This document shows positions 53,583 to 64,000 of a DNA stretch of 64,000 nucleotides, piece after piece. This DNA comes from Octopus sinensis (taxonomy: Eukaryota). The translations under genes and the position numbers were made by a program. The notes below the pieces were generated by a model, which had not been told where the DNA came from, searched no databases, and worked only from the letters and a program-made list of their open reading frames with translations. The number at the start of each line of letters is the position of its first letter. Position 1 is the stretch's first letter. The stretch covers positions 40,176,001 through 40,240,000 of the forward strand of contig NC_043008.1 of the NCBI RefSeq assembly GCF_006345805.1, written 5' to 3'.

Positions 53583-54798
53583 TATGTATATGTGTGTGTG
53601 CGCGTATGCACGTGTGTGTGTTTGTAAACTTCTGTTTATAATCATACCTATTGAATTTCAATCCTTCAAACACACTAATTCATAGATTTCAATCGTTAAG
53701 AAAATTTATAAACGTATAGCAAACTATATCTTAAACTGAACATATTAACAGAGTAACTGATAAATGAAACTGCAATTTCATAAAATCAGAGCGATGTAGC
53801 TTTTGAAAATGACTTAGACTTAGATAATATATTCAGAACATTTCGAGACACCGATTAGTTTAGAATTGTAGAAACTTGCTACCACCTATCCCAAAGTTTC
53901 GCTCTGAGATTTGCATAGTGATACAAAATTGTCTGAAATTTTGACGGGATGATTCGATTGGGGCGAAATCGTAGTGAAATATACCAATATTTGTACATAT
54001 TAAATTTATTCCGCAGAGAATTCAACGGACGAGTTACAAAGGAAATCTTTAAATAGATAATGAAATAATCATCTGTCGTAATCCGGATATCTGTAAACGA
54101 GATATACTTAAAAATATGCGTTTCAGGATATAGTCTTAATCGATATTATTTGTGTTATCACGGACATTAATAAAACTCATATAAACATCTATTAGAAATT
54201 CAATATACAAGACGAGCGTTTACTATTCTCTGTGATTATAAACTCTTCATTAATACTGTACGTTTTGAAAGATGGAAGCGAAAAAAATACACCATTGCAG
54301 AAACGATTCGTTACACACAAATCTTTTTATCCTTTATCTTTTTCCAGTTTCCGTCACAGGACTGCCACCATGCTGGGGTATGTCCCCAGCACGTAATTTC
54401 AAATTGGCACAATTCTATCGATCATTTCAGCAAGAAACTATGTTACGAAGACGTAAATAATCCAACTGCACAAGTTTACAGAGAAATTGAGGCAAACATA
54501 AAAATAGTTGAGTTCAGAGACAAAAGCAATGTTCACTCACGACCTCTAGGTTTTGAGATATACATTATTATAAATATGCGATGATCTACGTAACCAATTT
54601 TTATTTTGTTTTACAAATATTTTGTGATACATATGACACATACCCGTCTCTACAATGGCTTCAGGCACTTCAAAACACCGAGGATGCATCAACAAGGCAA
54701 ATTCATTCTACTACGTGTAGTGGGGTTTCACGACAGTTACACAGCGCCGAACTAATACTTCCCTCCTGAGCACTGCTTAATCTCATTATTTTGACAGT

Positions 54799-54957
54799 AA
54801 AATTGGAGATCAGGACAAATCCTGGGCCTCCACACAGGTGTTTTAAACCCTGCTACAATGGACTAACTGAATGGTTTAAAGGCAATAATGCAGCCGTCAA
54901 CTTTGCTGTCCCGATGGTCCAGAGAGAGGCACGAAGCCATGCAGATGATTGTTATTA
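54799..54957 (+). pseudogene. Chapaev3-like (CMC) transposase zinc-finger remnant
   Basis: KIGDQDKSWA/PHRCFKPCYNGLTEWFKG...FAVPMVQREARSHADDCYY matches the GDQDKxWAPH..C..C...W...F..PMVWREP.NH..DCYFC pattern. Confidence 0.65.
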
Positions 54958-55880
54958 TACATACATACATACATACAACATATATACATATAGATAACAC
55001 AACGTAGTTTCTGTCAACTTTATTCACTCAAGCATTAGTCGGCCCACGGAATAGTACAAGACACTGCGCAAACATCTGTGGAAAGGAGGGAAATTCAAAC
55101 CACTTAGTTGCAAACAAGCTTCTTCATGACGCAACATATTTATACCTATGCAGCATATACGAGGATAAAAGAGTGGAAAATGGAAGTCGTATAGTAAAGC
55201 TTCAATTTTAGCTTTAATACCAATTCGTAAGTGATTCCTTGATTTTATCTAACGACATTGACTAATCATTTACAACTACCATGTCTTTAGCACGTTTGTT
55301 ACAGTTGCAATGATAATTTAATTCCCTTGACAAAAAAGCATACTCACAAAGGCTCACACAACAGTGACAATTCCTCCTAACGCAACTGACATAGCAAAAA
55401 TATATGCTGAATGAACGGTGAACGTCATTCGATAAATGTTAGAAAGTGCCAGAATGACTCTATGTAGATCACATACATCTAAACGTAATATATATGGCTG
55501 TGCGAAAATACTTTCAAGGGAAAGTTCAAATGAAGGTACATAGAAACCCTTTCATCTTGTTTTTTCTCTCATCAAATGTGGCCATTGTGAAACGTTTGAC
55601 AAGCATTTGGATAGTGGTTAATATCACAAATGCCTAAATGTGCGTGTTACTTCAGGTGATCCGGATAATTTAGTCCGTTTGAGAATTCTCCGTGGAGAGA
55701 TCCCAGCTCGCTCACTGAATTCAATTTTACAGTTCTTTGTTCACTCTTTTAACTAAAGCTACACATACACACGAACACATAAGAGAGAGAGAGAGAGAGA
55801 GAGTATGTGCGTGTGTGTGTGTGTGTGCATATATATATATTTATACATATGTTTGTGTGTGCATGTGTATATATGTATAA

Positions 55881-55917
<37 letters not shown>

Positions 55918-55940
55918 AAGACAGAGATATATAGACAGAT

Positions 55941-56021
<81 letters not shown>

Positions 56022-56855
56022 ATAGATAGATACATACATAGATTTATAGATATATATATGTAAAAACACAAATAGACATAGATGCACATACATGTTCAAC
56101 AAAGACTATTTCATCCACTGAGTGATGGATATCATTTGATACGCACCGTGTTTAAATTCGACTTACATTATTTCCATTCCCCTGGAAATACGATGGTCGC
56201 GCAAAAGCTATCGTAGCGTGCCACGTATTTACAAGCAATCGTCAGATTCGAAATTACAAAATATCTGATCAATCGAGTAAAAAGTTCTCACCTTCTCCTT
56301 TCTCATTCCTTCTCGCTTTTTGTTAATGAGCAGAAGCGCTGTATTTCAGTGTCTAATTATCACATGAAAATATGATACACATTATACAACAGCCTCTACT
56401 CATCATATTTTCAGAGGGTCGCAAGTAACTGTAGTTGTAATGTTTTCGTTTTCACTGTAAGAACTTAATTCTTCATTTACAGTTTGACCCCATAATATAT
56501 ATATATAGTAGCCGGGGGTGTTATGTTTCTAATGCTGAATGTATATGTAGATTTTTCAATCTAATATCTAACATGTATTTATTTTTATGTCATTTAATCA
56601 TACTCTAGGGACTTTGAGTCTTTAAGTTCCATAAATTTTCCAGGTAATTATCATAGATAATTTCTCAAATTGCATTATTTATACATTGTTGCATTTTGTG
56701 GCCGTTGGTTTAACCGGGAATCATTTCATTTCCTAAAATTATTTAAGAACACTCCTCTTTTGATAAGAAAAGATCCGTAAAATTTCTCTTATCTTTAAAT
56801 TATAAATTCCTACTGGAAAATAGCGAATATTTCTGCTGTATCATTTGCATTAGAG

Positions 56856-56895
<40 letters not shown>

Positions 56896-56944
56896 TGCAG
56901 TGTGTGTATAATATTTCCCTCTAAAATATTCCTTTGGTACGCAA

Positions 56945-57760
56945 ATGCTATTCAGTGTTCTTGCGCCTAGAAGGTATCTCAACAAGCGTGATAGGGCAAG
57001 GGAGCATATTTACTGGCTAATTTGCAAAAATGTGGATCTGGCACATGATAAAAACCGGTGGGAAGACAAACCACCACTAGTGCTTGAAAATGATCACATC
57101 TCACTCCTCTGGAACTTCATCGTTCAAACTGACAGAAAGATAGATGCAAATAGGCCAGACATTATATTGAAGTCCTTCACACAAAACACATGCCTCCGCA
57201 AAGATATGACTGTCCCAATCCACATAAATGTATCTGTCAAGACCTACCAAAACCTGACCAAGTATAAAGATCTTGAAATAGAAATTGGCAAAATGTGGAA
57301 TCTTAAGGCTAAAACACTACCTTTTGTCATAGGTGCCCCAGGATTGATAACAAAATGGGCTGAGTGCTACCTATCTCAGATACCTGGAAAACCAAAAAAA
57401 AAGGAGAAATATAAAAAATACTGTTCAAGAAAAATGGTCATATCCTACGTGAAATATTCCCTAAATAATCCCCCAAACCTTTTAACTTGTAAACAGTGTT
57501 AAAATACTTTTAAATGTATATAATAGCAAACAGCATTTACTGTCATCTTAACTTCACACTATCATATTATAAGCAAATTACTTTTAAAACAATCTTTTAA
57601 TTTACTTGTTTTGAAAGACATTCTCTAGCACAATACTCTGTGCAAAAGCCCGAAGTATGGCAACCATTGTCATAACACCAACTTGAAATAACTTGTTTTT
57701 CTCTTGAGGTTTCTGGGTTAAACTTGAGGTCAACTTGTAGAAACACAGATATCGTACATA
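56945..57760 (+). pseudogene. R4/Dong-like non-LTR retrotransposon 3' fragment (RLE endonuclease domain) ending in (GAT)/(AAT)n
   Basis: HIYWLICK...VLENDHISLLWNFIVQTDRKIDANRPDII...DMTVP...KYKDLEIEIGKMW...PFVIGAPG, then GHILREIF. Microsatellite tail at 57761-57930. Confidence 0.8.
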
Positions 57761-57825
57761 TGATGATGATGATGATGATGATGATGATAATGATAATAAT
57801 AATAATAATAATAATATTACCCCCA

Positions 57826-57893
<68 letters not shown>

Positions 57894-58997
57894 TAATAAT
57901 AATAATAATAATAATAATATTAATAATAATAATCCTTTCTGCTTAGGCACACAGCCTGAAATTTTATAATTATATTTATTTCATTAATTAATGTCAGGCG
58001 AAAGCATTGGGTTTATGTCATTAAATACTCTGATGTCCAATGTATTTCAGTTTTTGACGAAATTTATCCCTCGTGTCAGAGTGTCATGAAACATCAAAGA
58101 GGACACACATGTTAGGAATGATAGTAGAATAAGAAATATCTCCAAACATTACGAAAATCACTTTCAGGTAAATAGGTATTCAATCCAGAAAATAGGCTGG
58201 AATACAATACACACACACGCACACACATGTACACGCTCACACACTTAGGCACACACAAACATACAAGCATATGCACACACATGTACACACAACCAAAGAC
58301 ACATACATGCATATGATGGAAGTTTATGTTTACCATACTCTTGGAGCAATCACAAATGTATTTCCTGTCCAAGAAGCATAACAAGTTTTCATACACCTAT
58401 TTTCTGTATTTGTAACTGCGGATTTAATGCCATAAGCGCAAAGGATGTCCGATGGGATGTGGTACGCCAAGGAACTTCATATCAGAAATAATCCTTTAAG
58501 TACCAGTATAAAAAAACTATGCAGACAGCACAAATGTCATGAAATCATAGACTGTTTTAAGATTGAAACCTCTACTATAGGCTCTTCAGTATAAGACTTG
58601 GATATTTTTCTGGCAAAATATCATCTTTAGCAAATGTGTTTAAAATGCAAATATCTCTTATAATTCATATTTAATCTACTAACAACTGCATTGATGTAGA
58701 ACTATTAAAACTATAATATTATATACCGTAACGCGTCAAACAAATAAATTCTTCTCTGTCTGAGTATCTGCCACTCTTCCTCTCTCTCTCTCTCTTTCTC
58801 TCTTTCTCTTTCTATCTCTCTCTATTTCTGTATATATTTTACCTGACTCGGTTTTTAGACTGAGATAAATAAAAGAAAAATCGGTTATCTCAGTCCCATC
58901 ATCAGGCAAAATGACTACGAACAGAATTTCAAAACTGAGAATGACGTTAAAGGCGTACGTGTCAGTGGATTGCTCAGCAACTTCTACGTTAATTTCA

Positions 58998-59155
58998 AGG
59001 TGCAGGAATGGCTTTGTAGTAAGTAGCTTGCTTACCAAGCACAATGTTCCGGGTTCAGTCAAACTGCATGAAACCTTTGACAAGAGTCTTCTACTATAGT
59101 CTAAGGCCGACCAAAGTCGTGTGAGACGGAAACTGAAGGAAGTCCGTCGTATATA
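58998..59155 (+). mobile_element. SINE head (family of 22087-22499)
   Basis: ggtgcaggaatggctttgtagtaagtagcttgcttacc...gttccgggttcagtc...gacggaaactgaaggaagtccgtcgtatat. Confidence 0.75.
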
Positions 59156-59603
59156 TGTATATATACTTCACCTCTAACCCCACCCTCTACCTCCCCACGA
59201 CCCTCACTCTACCCCAACCCCCAACCAAACCCACACACCACCTGTGCTTTCCCCACTCTCGCCTCCCCCACCTCCCCACAACATCACACCACACTACACT
59301 ACACCATACAACATTACACATCACATCACAACACACCACCCACACACCCATCCCCACATCTCCACACCCACACATACATACACACACACGTCCAGACCAC
59401 CAGCCCTCTTCCACACGCACATACATACTCTCTTATACACACACGCCTCTCTGTGTTGGGGGCACCTTCGTATTGGAAGTCACTTGACCCTGTTATCTCC
59501 CCAACTGTCCCTCTCGCGTCTGACCATTGTCCGAAGTCAGAACGCCATGATATATTGTTAGCTACTACACGCATTTTTTCTCTCCTTGTTTTTTTTCTGT
59601 GTA

Positions 59604-59641
59604 TCTTTCTGTCGAAGAGCGTAGGCTCGAAACGTAAAAGA
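59604..59641 (+). ncRNA. Minimal type I HHR-like motif (PLE type) in a repeat ending in (TA)n
   Basis: UCUUU-CUGUCGA-A-GAGC-GUAG-GCUC-GAAA-CGU-A-AAAGA: 5-bp stem I, 4-bp stem II, palindromic ACGU. Core A6 is replaced by U. Confidence 0.6.
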
Positions 59642-61623
59642 GTTTTTTCTATTCCTGAGTGCTATACTAATTTATTTGTTTGTTTGTAGTCCAGCTGCCG
59701 TCGTCTTTTGTTTATTTTCGTAAACTTTCCCTTTATATGTATATATATATATATATAAATTAAATAATAAGAGTAGAAATTTATATTAATCAATTAAAAC
59801 CAGTGGCTTAGCATATGTTAAAAAAATCGGAGGATTAATCCTCTAAATTTTTTGTGTGTCTATATATATATATATGTGCGTGTTTGTGTGTGGGTGTGTG
59901 TTCTCCGTTCTCATTCTGTCCATTTTTTAAATGTCCTGAACCTATGTATGCATGTAAATATACATATATATGTATGTATGAACGTATGTGTATGTATATA
60001 TGCATATATTTATACATTATTGATATTATGATGTGATCGAAAGCCACGCATCCTTTTCCAAGTAAGTTTTATCTTAATAATTACGATGCGCACTCTTATT
60101 TTATGTTTTCTGTCTATCTGTCTCCCTCTCCTGTTCTTCCTTTCTGTTTTTCTCTCCCATCGTTTTCCCTTTTCTTCTCGTCTCCCCTTCAACTCCCCCT
60201 CTCACTCTCTCTCTGTTTCTCACTCTTCCTGTCTTGTGCGTTGACTAGAATCGTTGACTGTAATAGTGAAATTGACTTCTGGCCGTGATAGCAGTAGTAG
60301 CAGAGACCGTTGGTCGCAGTAGTTGAGGTGACAGTGGTGATGGTGGTGGTGGTTGGAGCTGTAGCAGTAGATCACTGGCGATAGTAGTAGTAGTAGTAGC
60401 AGCAGCAGTAGTATTAGTAGTAGTAGTAGTAGTAGTAGTAGTGGAAGTGACCGTTGGCTGTAATAGCAGCAGTAGCAGAATTTTGGGGTAACTAATATAT
60501 GGTTTTAATGCTCCTGGCCCAGGGTATTTAAACTTGGTCCGAATTTTCTAATGAAATGGAGGTATTTGTTATGACGTTGAGTTATATACATATACATATA
60601 TGTATGTATATATAAGTATGAATGTATGTATGTATGCATGTATGTATGTATGTTTGTGTGGGCTTCTGTGTGGTATTCGGGGATTTACAATTCCGCAGAT
60701 TAAATAGTTTGAATGGTAATTTAATGAAAAATACTTTAACTTATCTCTAGAGTAATATTTGAACGCGGCAGATTTTATAGCACAGTTGTTGCTATGTTTA
60801 AAAACATAGAGAATATTTGCTAGAAATTGCGTTGGAAGCCAATATTGTCATCAATAACTTGTACTTTAGTGTTGTTCACTCGGTAATTATTTTTAAGATA
60901 TTTGAAGCAAAATATTAAAACAATGCATGAATTACAATGCAATTTGAGTGTTATATTATAGCAGTTAAAGTCATCCATACATGTTTTTATTACAAACTAA
61001 CATATTTGTTTACAGGCTGCTTTATTGTGTAATGAAACATTCTTTTAGATTCATTGGCGTTGAATTAATAACGTTTCATAAACGCTAGTAAATATACGAA
61101 AATAATGACTACGTTCACTAAATTATTTATACTATCAGTAAACTACTTTGTTGAGATTTATTTGTACAGAGCATCGTTTAATATTCGTTTTTATTGTCAT
61201 CGTCTAACTATATATTGGTGCTTAAATATATTTTATGATGAGCACGTTAGTTGAACACCATAGACAAGCCTAAATATATTTTACGATATGTGGGTTAGTG
61301 GGACTTTACTTGAAGCTTAGACATATTTTATGCTCTGTATATTTGTGAAACAATCCTGTAATATCGATTCCTCATAGATACTTAAAACGGTATTATTTGG
61401 TTGAATATATTCTTGCATAATCACCTGGAGAACTTTACGGTAATAAACATATACTTATGAGTTTGTTTTCAGAATTGCTATTTGGCCGCTGTAAAATGAG
61501 AAATATCGGTTTACTTGTCAAAACCATTGTTTATTAATGTATGTATTATTAATGTCTAGTTGCGCTGTGTAGATGTCTAGCAAATGTTCATATCGGGAAC
61601 GGCAATGTATTATATATATGTAC

Positions 61624-62070
<447 letters not shown>

Positions 62071-62769
62071 TATATAATATCTACATACATACTTACATAC
62101 ATATTTACATCGATAGATAGATTAATATATACATATATACATACATACATGCATGCATGCATACATACATACCTGTATGAACAAAATGATATGAAGTAGA
62201 AAGGTAGGTCTTCAGAGAGACAGAATGGTAGACATGTTATGATAAATAAGTGCTTGCCTCTAGAGAATGTATTTTTGTTGATCAACGTGTGTGTATTCCG
62301 CTAACTGAACTACGACATTTTTACGACCACTAACCTTCATAATCACATGACTTACTGAATCTGAATATATATAACTACCAAGGGTCATGTATATGAAAAG
62401 TTTAAGCAGTAGATATAATACTTATTTATTTGTAGAATGAAAACTGCTGCTCGGAGAGGTAGATTCGGAAGTGTCTACTCACAAGAGAGTTTCAATATGT
62501 AGATGTTAAATCATTGACTCTTTAATTGCCAAATGCTCTAAAACATTGTCTATAACACTCTAAACATTTTATCTTGTATATTGTGTTTTAACCATGTTAT
62601 GACCTAAATCATGCATAACTCTATTCACTGTCATTAAACTTTCTGGATATGTTCTAGTATTGAAGTGTATCACCTTTAAACACATATCATTGACATAAAC
62701 GAAACTCGAAATCCGAATATCCTCAAAGTATCCTATGGTGTACAGCTAAAATATAGAGTGTGGAATGCA

Positions 62770-62945
62770 TTAGATGTTGATTTTAACTTCGAGGGATTGT
62801 GTGTCGATTATTTGGACCGCAATGCTCAATTAATATTTAACTTAACAATTCCGAACTGGATGAAAGGCAAAGTCGGCCTCGGTGAATTTCGATGTCAGAA
62901 CGTGAGAACGTTTGCCCGGCGAACTAACTATTCTTCAAGCTCACT
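62770..62945 (-). mobile_element. Degenerate SINE (family of 23753-23987)
   Basis: ggatgaaaggcaaagtcggcctcggtgaatttcgatgtcagaacg...tttgcccggcg. Confidence 0.7.
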
Positions 62946-64000
62946 GTAAATATTGTGCATAATCAGACATCCGTATTCTCATTAGCCTTGCCTGTTATTT
63001 TAACTACATAAATGAGTATAGTACTCACTGTCATGAAATAATTAAGAAGTGAAAAAGAAATAATGCTGTTACAGTTCATATTATCCACGTCAATTACGGC
63101 TTCTTTTATAAGTTGAACGTATCAAAAGATTATGATATCAGACAATGTAACAATGTAAGATAAACGAGCAAAATATATTCAAGGTATTCATGGAAGAAAA
63201 ATCATAGGTGTTTGAAAAGGCGTAGAAAGGGTTATGTGACATTTAAATGAATTCCAGGACGTCTAGTTCAGTTTAATGAAGACATCCTTCATCCAGAACT
63301 TAAAATGGTTCTTTGCATTACGATTATTATACCAGAAACTGAGTTAAAGACATCGCACGATTAACTGGTGTATTCAACGGTTTAGAAATATGCTTAAATT
63401 TGAAAAAATATTTCAGGAAATTTGACTGAAAATGTCCACGCAGCGGCTTGTAGACATCTTTAGTGCTTTGCATCACACTCTAGTGAGCTCGTATTTAGCA
63501 TCGTTTGAGAGATTAGTGATTGGTAATAGTAATAATAATAAAAAGACTGGTAAATGACGTGGGCAATTACTTAGCGGATGAGATCTGGTTACACCAGACA
63601 GCAGTGGCTATCAAAACTGACTCCACATTCCGCAACAATATTAAAAAGGGGAAGATGTTTCCGTAAACTTGTTTTGCATTGTACGTAAGCCTGCTATCCA
63701 AATCTATTGAGTACAATTTACTTTCCACCTCTTTGCCGATCCTATTCTATCTTCAATTAAGTGATAATACAAAATCCTTTCCCTCAAAATCTATTTTATA
63801 CAACAAGTAATTGTATTCTCTTTTTGGAGACATCTCAGCATTTTGTACAAATTTAAAGTTAAATCGCGTAGATTTCATTCAGTTATCATCACCAACTTGC
63901 TTTTAAGAGCCTGCGAAAGTTAATATACATTGATTGCCTTCGAGAGGCGAAATTCTTTTAATTATAACGCATTAACCAAAGAGATAAATAGGTTATAGAA

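Noticed and set aside
58878-58906. Minus-strand CUGAUGA-U-GG...CC-GAUU
   Set aside because: No GAAA and no stem I partner.

Overview
This is AT-rich, microsatellite-dense animal DNA. The SINE families, simple repeats and decayed transposons look like octopus/cephalopod genomic DNA; that is an inference from repeat recognition, not a database result. No intact protein-coding gene is supported, and almost all long ORFs are translations of simple repeats. The window holds decayed fragments of CR1/L2-like, Hero-like, RTE and R4/Dong-like retrotransposons, Tc1/mariner (including DD37D) and Chapaev-like DNA transposons, MITEs and tRNA-type SINEs. The main finding is a set of hammerhead-ribozyme (HHR) repeats. 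Two loci (7209-8818 and 17939-20870) are tandem arrays of a ~475-479 bp non-coding monomer, each monomer carrying a type I HHR. The two subfamilies show compensatory changes in stem I and share a 17-bp hairpin near a fixed terminus. Both arrays sit in (TA)n and have the same fold-back (head-to-head) layout, with inversion junctions at the same two positions of the monomer. This fits a retrozyme or Penelope-pLTR-like non-autonomous element. Three further, unrelated minimal HHR-like motifs occur at ~34.3 kb, ~47.4/47.7 kb (an inverted pair) and ~59.6 kb.
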